A DNA stretch of 64,000 bases from the human T2T-CHM13v2.0 reference genome, Homo sapiens. The translations under genes were made by a program, and so were the position numbers. Below are positions 34,561 through 48,103 of the stretch, in pieces (position 1 is the stretch's first letter; every line of letters begins with the position of its first letter). The stretch is from assembly GCF_009914755.1 (NCBI RefSeq), contig NC_060934.1. One strand, given 5' to 3'. The notes beneath the pieces were generated by a model. It saw only the letters and a program-made list of their open reading frames with translations. It did not search any database and was not told the origin of the DNA.

Positions 34561-36633
34561 TCGTGGCCTGTGCAGGGTTGGGGTGCTCAGCCCAGCCTCA
34601 GGGGGTCACCTACACCCCACCCCCAACTGCCCGTAGGCCCAGGGAGCTGGAGAGCTTCCCTGCCTGCTTGCAGGCACTCACGGCCCTGTGACACACACAC
34701 ACTCATCCCCAATGAAGGTGCACCCCTGACCAGGTGTGGACCCCAGGCCAGGCAGCAAAGAGACAGCTGGCCTGACTTGGGTCCTCAGCCTGGCCCAGCC
34801 CCAGCCGCCGGCTTGAGCAAGCCCTTCCCGAGAGGTCAACCTCCCATCCAGGGCGTGAGGGTTGCAGCCTGATCCCACCCTGCTGCATCTGCCCTGTGGA
34901 GCCGTCGTCCTTTTTCCCTGGGGTCTCCCTCCCCGCCAGGCCAGGCTCTACCCTCAGGGCCGGAGGCCTCCTGGGGGAGGTTCATGTCTCACTTTGCAGC
35001 CTCCAGCCAGATGGCCTCCATAATTCATTTTAGTGAAATATGGCAACACTTTTATTGGCGATGATCCTATCTGGAGCCTGGGGACAGTGATGGCCAGACC
35101 AGGGCTGGTATCTGCTTTCACAGAGCTCCGAGAAAAGCCTGCATGGTTATGTTCGCGGATGTGCACTCATTTCGCGTTGCTGGGAGGGGGGGTGGGGCAG
35201 GGCAGAGGCTGCCTCTGGGTCTCCTGATTCCAGGCAGTCTGGGGCAGGAGGCCCACAGGCCCCTGCACTGGCCTGACAGAAGGCTCGGGCCCGGGGCAGA
35301 GGGGTGGGCTGCACCCTGCACTGATGCTCAGACCAAGCTGAGAGGTGGAGAAGTCAGGGGATATGCAAGGTGATGGGGAGCAGCTACCCAGAGCTGTGGG
35401 GTGGAGGCCATGGGTGCCACTCAGCCCTTGGAGGAGCTGCCTCCCACCACCTGCAGCACCAGAGTGGCCCTGCTGAGCTGCAGGCTTTCTCCCTGCATCT
35501 CCAGCTCACACTGTTGTGTGCTCTGTGCCCCAGGGCCAGCCCCATAGGATTCAGAGGCCAACCTCACTTCCTCTGCACTAGCAGCCCAGAGACCCCTGCC
35601 TGATAGATGAACCCCAAAACTGCAGTCTCAGTAGGACCTTAGTTGCAGTCACAAGTCCAAGAGGAAGAAGGAGACCCCATTCCTGGTCATGCTGTCTGCC
35701 AGGCTCCAGCCCGTCACCCCTTACCGTAGCCAGCCCAGACCTGGTGCATGGTGGAGCATCTACAAGCAGAAGGTGAGGCGTCCCCACCATGGGTCTGCTC
35801 TGCAGCCCTGCGGATGTCTCACCAGCCTGTATGGGGTGTGCTCCTGGGGACACCACCTTGGGGCTCCTCCAGGGAGCTGAAAGAGGGCAGGCCTGGGGGA
35901 CACGAGATGGACAGGGACCTGAGAACTGCCCATGGCACCACCCAATAAGCCTGCACCTATCCCTTCATCCAAACAGGTCCAGGAAAAAGGCAATTACATC
36001 CCCGAGAAATGTGGCCAGTCAGGGAGCGTGAGAGCTTGTGCTGCTCTTGGGGGCCACAGAGACCCACCTGGCTGGTTCTGGATGAGACAAAGGCTGCAGA
36101 CTGACACACCTATGCAACTCTCCTCCTGCCCAGGTGAGATCAGTCCCAAGTGTCAGCATGTCAGCCACCCCCAGGAGGGTCCTGGGCATGTTATCTGACC
36201 TCGCTCAGGCAGAGGTGAGGCTCAGCGGGTGACTGGGGCAACGAGACCCAGACTAGCGGGAGGCACCAGAAGGGATGCAGGCCTGGACAGGGTGGGGGCT
36301 GTGAGGCCCCAAGTGTGCCCGGCCAGGACACAGCTGTGCTTTACTTCCCAGAACGGATGGCCAAGGTGGTCTCAGACAAGGCTGTGCCTCTGAGCTACAT
36401 TCCCACAGAGACTTCAGGGTGGCAGTGCAGCCTCAGCCTGCGCCAGCACCCCCAGGCCTTCCCGAGGTGCCTATCGACCTGCTGAACCCAGCTAATGGGC
36501 TCCTCTGGGCATTGAGTTCAGAGGCGAGGTTGCCTGTAAGCAAGATTCGCCAGTGTGCTTCATCAGCAGGCAGCCTCATGCAATATGTAACACCACATTA
36601 ACCTGCACTCTCAGGGTAGACAGAGCCCCCGCC

Positions 36634-36655
36634 CCGGAATCCGGAATCCGGAATC
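36634..36655 (+). repeat. (CCGGAAT)x3 tandem repeat
   Basis: Read directly. All three CpGs are intact. Confidence 0.9.
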
Positions 36656-36924
36656 TGCTGCTATGTAGAAGTGGCCTGGGACGGGAGGCAGAGCCTGCAG
36701 GCCCTGTCCTTTTCCCTGTACTTCCATCTCCCCACTCTGTGTACATGGGGTGGGCAGCAAAGCTGGCGCTTACACCATGGCACCCTCCCCTCCACCTATG
36801 GCAGGCCTTGGAAGTCACCGGCAACCCCTGCCCCTCCAAACTCAGACACGTCCTCAGGATCTCTCTCAACACAGTACTGCAGGCAACCACAACTGGGCAG
36901 CCCAAGTGGGTGAGCAAGATCAAT

Positions 36925-38755
36925 GCGGAATTGCAAGGGGCCTCAAGTAGCAAAAACAACCTTCAAAAAGAAGAACAAAGTCAGAGGAGTTACACTTTCT
37001 GATTTCAAATTTACTACAAAGCTACAGCTGTTAAAACAGTGTAAAACTGGCATAGGGATAGACATATAAATCAATAGAATAAAATTCAGAGTCGTTTAAG
37101 GCCAGTTAATTTTTGTCATGGATGCCAAGCTCATTCAATGGGGAAAGAACAGTCTTTTCTACAAATGTTACTGGGACAACTTGATTTCTGCATGCAAAAG
37201 ATGAGGTTGGACCCCTACCTCACACTATAGGCAAAAATTAACTCAAAATGGATCAATACCCTAAATATAAGAGCAAAAGCTGCAAAACTCTTAGAAGAAA
37301 GCATAGTGGTAGATCTTCATGACCTTGGATATGGCAATGGATTCTTAGATATGATATCAAAATCTCAAGTAAGAATAACAATAACAACAAAAAACAGATA
37401 AATTAGACTTCATCAAATTTAAAACTTTTGTGCACCAAACAACATTATCAAGAAAGTGAAAAGACAACCACAGAATGGGAGAAAACACCTGCAAATCATA
37501 TATCTAATAATAGTTTAATATCCAGAATATATAAAGAACTTCTAAAACTCGAAAACAAAAGAACAAAACAACCAAATTTAAAAATGGGCAGGCTGGGCAT
37601 GTAGCTCATGCTTGTAATCCCAGCACATTAGGAGGCCAAGGCAGGCGGGTCCATTTGAGCTCAGGAGTTTGAGACCAGCCTGGGCAACATAGTGATACTC
37701 CATCTCTACAAAAAATACAAAAATTAGCCAGGCATGGTGGCTTATGCCTGTAATCCCAGCTACTCTGGAGGCTAAGGCTGGAGGATGACTTGAGGCTGGG
37801 AATCAGAGGTTGCAGTGAGATCATGCCACTGCCCTCCAGACTAGGAGACAGAATGAGACCCTGTCTCAAAAAATAAATAAAAATAAAAATAAAATAAAAT
37901 AAAAATGGGCAAAGGATTTGAATAGATGTTTCTCTGAAGAAGATGCACAAATGCCAATAAGCACATGAAAAGATGCTCAACATCACTAATCTTTAGAGAA
38001 ATGTAAATTAAAGCCACCATCACTTCACCTATTGGCATGGCTATAATCAGAAAAGCTAAAAGTAACAACTGCTGGTGAGGATGTGGAGAAACTGGAACTC
38101 TTGTGCATTGATGATGGAAATGGAAAGTGGTATAACTGTTGTGTAAAATAGTGTGGTCATTCCTCAAAAAGCTAAATGTATAGTTACCATGGAATTGTGA
38201 CCCAATAATTCCATTCCTAGGTATATACTCAACAGAATTGAAAACAAGAAATCAAAAAATGCTTGTGTCCCAAAGTTTATAGCAGCATCATCCACAAAAG
38301 CCAAAAGATGGAAACCAGGCAAAAGTCAACCGACAGATGAATGGATAAATACAGCGTGCTCCACCACACGGAATATGATTCATCCGCACAAAGGAACAAA
38401 GTTCTGACACACATGACAACAGAGATGAACCTTGAAAACATTATGCTGAGTAGAATAAGCCAGACACAAAAGGACAAATATTGTAGGATTCCAGATCTAA
38501 ACTAGGCAAATTTATAGAGACAAAGCAGATTAGAGGTTACCAAGGGCTAGGGGTGGGGGATGGGAGGTTATTGCTTAATGGGTTCAGATTATCTGTTTGG
38601 GATGGTGAAAAAGTTTGCAGTGCACAAGAGTTCCAGTTTTGGAAGTAGATATCAGTGATGGTTGCACAACATCGTGAATGTAATTAATGTGAATTATACA
38701 CTTAAAATGGTTAAAATGGCATTTTTGTGATGTATATCTTTTGCTACAAAAAGAA
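36925..38755 (+). mobile_element. L1MB-like ORF2 3' region and 3'UTR
   Basis: aagaacaaagtcagaggagttacactttctgatttcaaa...tacacttaaaatggttaaaatgg. Confidence 0.9.
37591..37899 (+). mobile_element. AluJ (Jb-like) inserted in the L1MB
   Basis: Full dimer with an (AAAAT)n tail. Perfect TSD TAAAAATGGGCA (37579-90 / 37900-11). Confidence 0.95.
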
Positions 38756-39023
38756 CCATTTTTTAAAGAAGCAATGGTGAGCAAAGTTGGTAAATCTGTA
38801 GGTAGATCCAATAAAGCCTTGACAATTCAAAGAAAAGTAATAATTAATTTATGGCCATACAAACAGGGTGAGGCTAGTACTCCAAACAGCAAAGCCTAGC
38901 ATGCCCAGTACCGGGCAAAGAGCAGGGGGAGACACGGGCTGTGTCTACACAAGGAGCATGCCTTTCTAGCACAGGTATTAAAACTTTAGGACAATTTATT
39001 AAAGAAATAGAAAATATGATCTC

Positions 39024-39469
39024 TGTGTTAGTTTCCTGTGATTGCTATAAGAAGTTACCACAAGTCTGGTAGTTTATAACAACAAAAATGTATTCTCTTG
39101 CAATCCTGGAGGCCAGGAGACAGAAATCAAGGTGTGGAGGAGGCAGAGCCATGCTCCCTCTGAGGCTCGGGGGAGGAGCCTTCCTGGCCTCTTCCAGCTT
39201 CCCACAGCTGGCATCATTCCTGAGCTGGGCCATGTCTCTCCAATGCCTGCTCTCTGTTTACAGGGCCTTGTCCCCTGTGCAGGTCTGGGTCAAAACTCCC
39301 TCTGCTTCTCTTTTATAGGATACATGGTATTTAGGGCCCTGGATGACCCAGGACATGCTCCTCCTCTCAAGGTCCCTCACTCGATCACATCTTTTGCAAT
39401 ACAGGTGATATTCACAGGTTCCAGATTAGACATGGGTGTATCTGTGGGAGTCATGATCAGCCTACCATA
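39024..39469 (-). mobile_element. MLT1 (C-like) solo LTR
   Basis: tgtgttagtttcctgtg...gaaatcaaggtgt...gctccctctgaggct...attcacaggttcca...cagcctaccata. Confidence 0.85.
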
Positions 39470-39479
39470 ACTTCCAAGC

Positions 39480-39760
39480 AATTGGGAAGAAGAAAAAGAA
39501 TACAGAAAATTGAGTATTTCTAATAGAAGTTAGGAAAGGAGAGAGAAAATGGAAGTCCAGAAGCCAGGACAAAAAAATAAGTGGTGGAAATAAATTTTCC
39601 TAGATCCAGTGAAAACAGTAACCATGAATGTACTGAACAGAGACTGTCAGATTGGACACAAAAGCAAAGTCTTGTGTCAGACGTTGCTTACAGAGGTCAC
39701 AGTGAAGTATAGAAAGGTAGAAGGCAAGAGGGTGTGGAAAGCCGTGGAGTGTAAATACGG
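39480..39760 (+). mobile_element. Very old L1 fragment (start of ORF2)
   Basis: aacagagactgtcagattggac...gttgcttacagag. Confidence 0.45.
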
Positions 39761-40594
39761 ATGGGATGAAAGTTGGTGTGGCCGGGCCAATCCCCAACTT
39801 AGACTTAAAGACACAGAGAATCCCTGGGAATGGAGACAGCGACTCCCAGATGATGAAGCAGCAGAGAGATCCTCCAAGGGTGAGTGACCTAGAGCACTTT
39901 ACCAGCTTTGTAAAGGAAAAGGCATTTGCCTGGAGGCTGCAGGGCCCAGTCCAGCCTAGCTCCAGGACAGCTCCAACCCATCCTCCCATGGGTGGGGTGT
40001 CCCTGGTCCAGGCTAGGGACGGTCCAGGGTGGGTTGGCAGGACCTGCTGTGATCGTGAAGTTGGGAACTGCCTAAACCATCTTCTCAGAGCCTGTGTGTC
40101 CAGAGGGAAAACCCAAGCACGTGGAATATGGTTTACAAGCCGTGGTTGCTGAGGACAAGGTTGGTAATGAAGGCGCAGGGAAGCCTGGGAGGGCAGAAAT
40201 GCACAAGGAGGGGTGGGGCTGGAGCCCGGCTGGTCCTGGTATCCTGGGCTTGGGGGGACCCTGCTCCTTTCCCTGGGAGCCCTGAGGCCTCAACTGGATG
40301 ACAGGAGGTGGATATGCTGGTCCCTGAGGCACAGGCAGTATGAACCTCTGCATGGAGCTGGGTCTCAGCAGAAGCCCACCCAAGCCTGGAGTTTCCCAGC
40401 CAGGGATGCACCTTTTTCATCCCAGCAGCCTCTGTCCCTCAGTCCTGAGCCCTCAGGGGCCCTCAGGGCATGAAAGCAGGAATCCCAAATCCACCTTCCA
40501 GAATTACACGGCTGTTCTTGGTGGTCAGGTGGCCTCTCGGGGCCAGGGTCCTTTTTAAGACTGGAACCTCTCCAAGCTCACCAGCACTCTCAGT

Positions 40595-40603
40595 GCACGC
40601 ACG

Positions 40604-40634
<31 letters not shown>
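40595..40634 (+). repeat. (GCAC)n(AC)n compound microsatellite
   Basis: Read directly. Confidence 0.95.
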
Positions 40635-41066
40635 CAGGATTTTAAACTCAGTCCAACAAATCTCAGCATGCACCAGAACTATTTCAGCATTTTAAGAGCC
40701 TGTATTGATTTTGGAAGGAGCCAGGCAGCGTGTGAAGGCCATTCTGTCTGGGATCCTATGCTGAGTCTGGGGTCTCTGTATGAGGGATTATCCATGTGTG
40801 GGGAGCCTTCCCCCTTCAGAGCTTTCCAGCTTCCCTCTGATCACATGTCCTGAGCACACTATCCCAAACCTAACCCCAGCTGGGCTCTAGCAAGAGACGA
40901 GGTCCTGTCTTGCTGGGAAAGGGTCATCCTTCCCACCCGGAGGCCCCTGCTCTGCCCCAGTTTCCTGCCACAAAGCCCAGACAGTCCTGGGAACCTGGGC
41001 TGGTGAGTCCCTCCATCACCTTCAGAAACAGCCATGAGGAGCTGGCAGTGGGATGGCCTGGGGGTA

Positions 41067-41200
41067 GGAGCGTGGCTTCTGGAGCTAGACCACATGGGTT
41101 CAGATCCCAGCGGTGCCTCTAACTGGCCACAGGACCTTGGGCAGTCAGCTGACCCTGCCCAGTCCCAGCATCCTCATCTGGTCTTAGCTAACAGGGACAC
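41067..41200 (+). mobile_element. MIR
   Basis: tctggagctagac...gggttcagatcccagc...gaccttgggcagt...cctcatctg. Confidence 0.75.
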
Positions 41201-41457
41201 ACCTGAGGAGGTGGTCTTCATGTCACTTCCACTGGGACCAGTTTTCAGAGCAGCTGCAGGGGTCATCAGTTAAGGCAGTACAGCCCACTTACAGAGGAGG
41301 CGGGTGGCTTGGGGTGTGAAGGACGTGCCCAGGTGACATGCTGCTGAGTGGCCCCAACCCCATCCAGGCACCAAGCCAGAGCCTGTCCCCAGGGACCCCA
41401 GGGCACATCAGCAGAAGCTGGAGGATGTGGGTCTCCTGGGCCTGGAATCTCAGAGCC

Positions 41458-41939
41458 CACATTGGTTAATTTCACACGTCCGCTTGACTGGCACACAGGG
41501 GGCCTGGATGTTTGGCCAGACATTATGCTGGGTGTGTGTCAGGGGGGCTCTGGGTGAGATGAACACTTGAATCCATGGACTGCAAAGCAGACAGCCTCCC
41601 AGTGTGGGTAGACCCATCCAACCTGTCGCAGACCTAAGCTGAACACAAAGGCCAAGTAGGAGATAATTCATTCTGCCTGGCTGCCTTAAGCTGGGAGCTT
41701 GGTCTTTTCCAGGCTTCAGACCTGAACCGAAGTACAGGCTCTTCATGCATGTCAAGCCCCTGGCCTTCAGACTGGGACAAACTCCATCAGCTCTCCTGGG
41801 GCTCCAGCTGGCCAGCAGCAGATCTGGGGACTTCTCAGACTCCACTATCTCATGAAGCAATTCCTTGCCATCCATCTCCTTTAATAAACACACACGCATC
41901 CTATCACTTCTGTTTCTTGGGAAAACCTTAACTAATGCA
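41458..41939 (+). mobile_element. MLT2 (ERVL) solo LTR
   Basis: tggttaattt...gcttgactgg...aaagcagacagcctcccagtgtgggt...ttctgtttcttgggaaaaccttaactaatgca. Confidence 0.85.
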
Positions 41940-42124
41940 GAGCCCGAGAGTGGGGCATGGCTCAGGGCTGCTGCACCCAGGAAGCATCTGTGCTCCCTGT
42001 GCTTCCAGGCAGGGACCCTCATGGAGGGGTGGGATGGTCGTACTTCCTCAGCCAGCACTTAGGGGCCGTGAGGTCCATAGCCATGAGCTGAGGGAGTGAC
42101 CCCACAGTTTATGTCACTGTGGAG

Positions 42125-42325
42125 AAAGGCTCCCTGAGCTGTGGATCCAGCCAGTGGGTTGTAAACCTGACTAAGACACTCAAGCTGCTGCGGCCGGGGG
42201 CATGCCACAAACCCCCAGTGAGCCTCAGTTTCCCCCTGTAGAACAGGGGTGTGAGAGCAGTCTCCTCAGGGTGTAAAGAGCCCAGCAAATGCCGGGCACA
42301 GCTCATACCAGATAAGCATTAGCTG
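42125..42325 (+). mobile_element. MIR
   Basis: tgagcctcagtttccccctgtagaacagggg...gccgggcacag. Confidence 0.7.
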
Positions 42326-45300
42326 GTGGCAGAAAAGCTGGAAGACAGACTGCTGACCTCCACAAAAGGATCAGATTTGTGCCAGTCCTGGCCATGGACA
42401 ACAGGTCCCAGGCTTGACCTGTAGGTGAAGAGCCCAGAGCCCAGGACCACATGCCAAGTGGGAGGCTCCTGGCCCAGAACACCACACCTGCCTAGCAGAT
42501 GTGTCTCCTGGAAGTGGGAAAGCAGGACTCTCCAGGGAGCCCTGGGGATACAGAGGATGCAGCCCGCGAGGCCCTGGCCTTGAAGCCTTAGTGTCTCTGC
42601 AGGCCCCACCTGTGATTGGCCCCTCCAGGGTCACCCAGGAGGGTAAGATGCCCAGGGCCTGCATCTGTGCTGTGGGACACAGCCTGGCTTCTGAGGCCCA
42701 TGGAAACCTTTCTCGGGAGCTTCTCAGGACCCCAGCCAGGACATCTGTGCCTGTCCGTGACAGCTGCCCTAGAACTGGCCACAGGCCTATGGCTGCCTTG
42801 CACTGTCAGCCCCCAACGCCCGTCGTGTCATCAGCATGTCTCAGATGCCTTCAAGGGCTGCCCACTCCATGATCCTTGTCCACAGCCCCAGCATGTCCCC
42901 TAGCGTCAGAAGTGTCCCCGGATCCTGCAAGCCAACCACATAGGACGTCCACCTCTGAGCCCCTCTGTTCTCCTACCCTCCTGCTGATCACAGCCCTGCT
43001 GCCTGGCCTCATGGTCCAGTGCATCTTTCTCCCTGGAGCTGCCACAGTGCACCACCTGCCTGGCTATGCATTGGTGACCCCTAGGAGCTCCAGGGGGACC
43101 TTCACACAGGCCCAGGACAACCGGGGAGTCCTGCCTGCCCTCCTTTGAGTCCAGAAGCCCTGAGCCAGGCTCTCTTCAGAGGGGTGGAGGTCAGCAGGCA
43201 CCAAGGCCTGCAGTCCCCAATTCTCCTCTCCCAGCTGATCTCTCTTGCCACACCCTGTGCTGGCCCATGCCCGTGAGTCCGCCTGGCCACCCAGACGGGA
43301 GCTGATGTCTCCAGGAGACATACGGGACTTGCCATAGCCCAGGCCAGGGCAGTCCCTGGGAGACACAGGGCCTGGGAGGCTGCTTCACCTGCGGGGCTCC
43401 TGGGCAGGTGCAGTGCTCCCTGGAGTCCATCCTGGGACCTGTGGCCCAGCCCACCTCAGACTGGCCACAGGCCCTCTCCTGAGAACCCCTGCCTAGGCTC
43501 TGTAGCCTTAGAGCCTCACCTAGAAGCTCCCCCAGGCCCCTCCACTGGGCAGTGCTCAGCGCCCACCCCTCTCTAGTCTAGATTTTAGGGGGAGCCTGGG
43601 TCCAGGCTGCCCAGCCCAGCACATCCCCAATACATACCCAAGCCAGCCATGATTGCACCATGGGGCCAGGGGCAGTGGGGGTGGTTTGGGGTTGGTGGAG
43701 GCATCAGGGCCTGGGTCCCACAGCCAGCCTGGGCCTCCCAGGCCATTGAGCCCTCATCCTTCCAGTGCTCTGCGAGCAGGCGTCCCTTTGTGTGAGGACA
43801 CCTGTGGTGCACCCCTTCAGTCAGGCATCCCTGCAACCCACTTGGGGGTGCAGACATGAAGGAGCCCATGGGAGGCAGCATGATGGCCCTCTACATCCCC
43901 AGGCTCCTGTGCTCCTTCCTTTCAGATGGCATTCATTGAAGGGGCAAGTGGAAGAAGGACGGGTTTCCCAGCAGATGCGCAATTCAGCCCCTGGCTTGGG
44001 ATTTGTGTCATTGATATTATTGATAAACAGAGAACACAGGTTGACAAAAGACAAGAGAGGCCACCAGAAATCCATGAAGACAGAGCCTCTTCTGGAGAGA
44101 GCAGGCTGTTGGCCACCCTGAGACCCCTCCCCAACTTGCGCCTGGCCTGGATTTTGCAGGGGACGGGGCTGGGGAGCTGGTGCTGGTGTAGCCACCGGCC
44201 CTGACACCCAGCCGCGTGACCTTCTCTCGTGGCCTCACAGTCCTCCCTTCAAGGGTCCCAGGCCTGCCCCTCGAGGCCCTCTGCCCTCCAGGAGCGCCCC
44301 CATGTCCTTCCCAGCATGGGCAGTGCCTTACAGACACAGGAAGGCTAATGTCAGTGGAGGGACACAGTGACAAGAGGAAGAATGTGCAGCGCCCTTCAGG
44401 AGCGTGGTGGGGCCCCAGCAGGGGAGGAAGGCTCCAAGGGGGATGACAGCATGGCTGTGGCAACGACAGTTCCATGATGGCAGTGGGGGTGGCGGTGGGG
44501 GTGGCTGACCTAACACAGGGGAGGTAACTGTCCAACAGGAGCCAGGCTCAGCCAAGGAGTACAGCCAGGAAACCTCCCCTTCCCTCCCCCTGCACACCAC
44601 CCTGGATGAACTGAGGGGCCACCCAGGCACTGGAGCCTCTGCTGCTGTCACAGAGTCAGGCTTTGGGCATGGAGCAGCTGGCAGAGGGGTGGGTGCTGAA
44701 GGGCAAGTGGACTCCATGGAGAGGGCCCTGATACGGGGAGGCTCTGCTGGTCTCCGGGAGCAGGTCAGGACCTGAGCAGACTCTCTGGGCTCCTCAGGAG
44801 ACCACCCAGGGCACACCCAGCCCTGCAAGGGTCTCTACGTGGTGCCGTCAGTGCCCTGCACCCCCTGGTAGGCTGCCCACACCTGTACCTGCTGCCCCAC
44901 CCAGCAAGGCTGCAGAGCTGCGTGGTTCATGCCCACCTCCAAGGACCCCATGGGGCTGAAGGAGACAGCAGAGCTGCCCAGCTGCAAGGTTGTCAGAGGA
45001 CCCCTGTTTTTCTGTATTTCTCACAGTAGGAGATGGTGCCATTGCTGGAAGATGGGCCTTTCAGGCTGGCACCCAGCCCCGCCCCAGGGGGCCACGCCAC
45101 CTCCCACAGGCTCCTGCATGGTGGGCATGTCCCAAGCCAGCCTCATCTGGCCAGGTTGTCACTCTGGGTAAAGTGAGGTGGCAGCCCTGACCTGCCAGCA
45201 GCAGACAGTAGAATTCTACAGAGCATCCTTCAGGCTCCAGGGAAGGACAGAGCCCTGAGCAGCAAAGACTCCAGGAGGCATTGTGGCTTTGGAAGCTTTT

Positions 45301-46986
45301 CTTCAAAGCTTCCAAGCCCATGTTCAGGCCACTTTGCACCTGAGTGACAGCATTTAGCTTTCTTTGTGTTAGGAGAAACCCATGGATTGACTTTCTTTTC
45401 CTATTTCCTCCGGGGGTGAAGTATCATAAGCCAGGAAAAAGTGGGTCAGGGACTGTCTAGGTGACCCTGGAGAGCCTCGCCAGGAGCTCCAGGGATCCAT
45501 CAAGGGCAATGGGAGCAGGAGGGGTGGTGGCCACTTCTTGATGGTGAGGGGGGTGATGAGGCTCCCTTAGGCCCTGAAAAGGTCAGAATGGGGGGTAGGG
45601 AGCCACCTCCTGCCTGGAGCAGTTGATGCTCAGAGCTGCTCCCATGTGTCCTCATCCCTCCTTCCAGGTAATGGAGCCATGGGTTTCTAGGGGAATCCAG
45701 GGCTCTGGGGAGACTGGGATTCTGACTTTGATCTTTGACTGACTTTGATCAGTTCTCGTGTTTTTCCTGTGCATTTTCTGATGAGTTTATATCTGTCAGG
45801 AGCCTCAGGACCGTGCTAAGCCCCCAGGATCTGAGGGTAGGAAAAACCATGCCTTGGATTTCCTGCAGACATTTGACCATGGTGGAAGGCTCAATGAAAC
45901 TTCCACCTAAACTTGGCAGATTGAACACTTCATTGATTTTCACTCTCTCCCAGAATCCTATCAAATGATCATTAGTAAATAGAGAATTCCAAACCCTACA
46001 AAGAAAAATACAAGCAAATGAACAATGAAATCAGTCAGAGCCTAGGAGGCTGAAGCACACTCTGTGGGCCTGGAGGGCAGATGGTTTCGAGGAAACAGCC
46101 CTCAATGCCACAGAGGGAACTGGAGGAGCAAAGTGACTGAACCCCCAGAGCTGGAACGCAGGCCCCCAGCCCAGCCTGTGGGAGGTGCAGCCTCATTCCC
46201 AGGAAAGGGTGAGCCAGAGAGGCCCTGCTTCTGGGCATATCAGGTACGTCCCAAGAAGAGGGAGGCACCAGGTTGGGGACAGGGGAGTGAACGTTTGTCT
46301 GGGAAGCAAAGACACAGCCCCTCCCGTTCTCCAGGAGGCAGCAGCCCAGATACCAGTGGCCAGTCATGGGCTCCTCAGACTGGAAGTGGGAGGACTTTTC
46401 TCGAGGGAAACTGAACAGGCCCAGAGAAGAGACAGTGAAGGGGAACCTTTAATTAAGATGCTGGCTCATCCATCACATCTCCCTAAAGAAAGCTTCCAAT
46501 CCATTTTTTAAAAATAAGCTTTTTGTTTTAGAAGAGCTTTAGATTTACAGAACTATCGTGAAGATAGCACAGAGAGTTCTGACACACACCACCCCAGCTC
46601 CCCTGTTACTAACATCTTACATTAGTAAGGTGCATTTGTCACAACTAATGAACCATGTTGATGTGTTGGTATTAACGAAATAGCATCTTTTATTCTGATG
46701 TTTTTAGTTTTGACCTAGTCCCCTTTTCCAGTTCCAGGACATCACATGACATTTGCTGGTCATGTCTCTTGGGCTCCTGATGGCTGTGGCTGTTTCTCAG
46801 ATGTTCCTTGTTTTCGGTGACCTTGCGAGTTCTAAAGAGTGCTGGCCAGGTGCTTTGTAGAATGCCCTTTTACTGGGATTTGGCTGATGTCTGATAAGAT
46901 GAAGATAGTGTGTCTTGGGGAGGAAGACCACAGCCAAAGTGTCACTCTCATCATGTCACACCAAGGGTATCTGCTACTAACATAAT

Positions 46987-47442
46987 TTTTCACTGTTTTT
47001 TTACATTTTAGATCCAGGGGGTACATGTGCAGGTTTGTTACGTGGATATACTGCATAATGCTGAGGTTTGGGCTTCTACTGAACCCATCACCCAAATAGT
47101 GAACACAGTACACAACAGGGAGTTTTTCAACTCTTGTCCCCCCTCCCCTTTTGGAGTCCCTAGTGTCTATTGTTTCCATCTTTATATCTGTGTATACCCA
47201 TTGCTTAACTCCCACATATAAGTGAGAACATGTGGTATTTGGCTTTCTGTTCCTGTATTAATTCACTTAAGATAATGACCTGCATCCTAGCTGCATCCAT
47301 GTTGCTGCAAAGGATGTGATTTTACTCCTTTTTATGGCTGCATAGTATTCCGTGGTGCATATGAACCACATTTTCTTTATCCAGTCCACAGTTAGTGGGC
47401 ACATAGATTGATTCCACGTTTGCTACTGGGAATGGTGCTGTG
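46987..47442 (-). mobile_element. L1PA16/L1PB-age 3' fragment
   Basis: agggggtacatgtgcaggtttgttac...gctgaggtttggg...aagtgagaacatgtggtatttgg. Confidence 0.85.
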
Positions 47443-48103
47443 GCTTATCACTGTGGATGCTGACCTTGACCCCCTGGCTGGGGCGGTGCTTGTCAGGTGT
47501 CTCTGCTACAATTACTCTTCCACACTGCACCCTTTGGAAGGAAGTCATTAAGCACAACTTCCACTTCGGGAGTGGGGAGTTTCGCTACCTGACCTTAAGG
47601 GTGGGGTATCAACATAATTTGTTTGGAATTCTCCTGCACAGAATATTTGTCTTTCCTCCCCCACATTGATTTATTTATTCAGTAATTTATTGATGTCAAT
47701 ATGGATATTTATTGTATAACTTGGGTTATAATCTGATACTACTTTATTTTGTTGCTCAAACTGTTCCAGTTTTGGCTGTTGGGAGCTCTTTCAGTTGACT
47801 CCTGTGTCTCTTTTGCATAGTCCTATCATTGTGGGTTGATTTTTTGTTTGTTTATTTGTTTTATCATGTTCTTGCTTTCTGGTGCTACAAAGTGCTCTAG
47901 GCTCAACTTCAATATTTCTTGCCACATTCCTAGAAACAACCATTCTCCAAGGATCTCTGGTTTCTTTCACTAGACAATGGTATTAAAAACCAAGATATGG
48001 GTGCTGGGGATGCTCATTTCTACTGGGGGCATTGTTGCTTCTAGGCCCTCTCAGTGGACAGAGCAAGGAAATCTGTATGGATGCTCACCCATGTGTGTAT
48101 CCA

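Noticed and set aside
41450-42058. 202-aa minus-strand ORF
   Set aside because: Antisense read-through of an MLT2 LTR.
45900-46500. Possible L1ME 5' region
   Set aside because: Only short motif resemblance, so it cannot be supported confidently.
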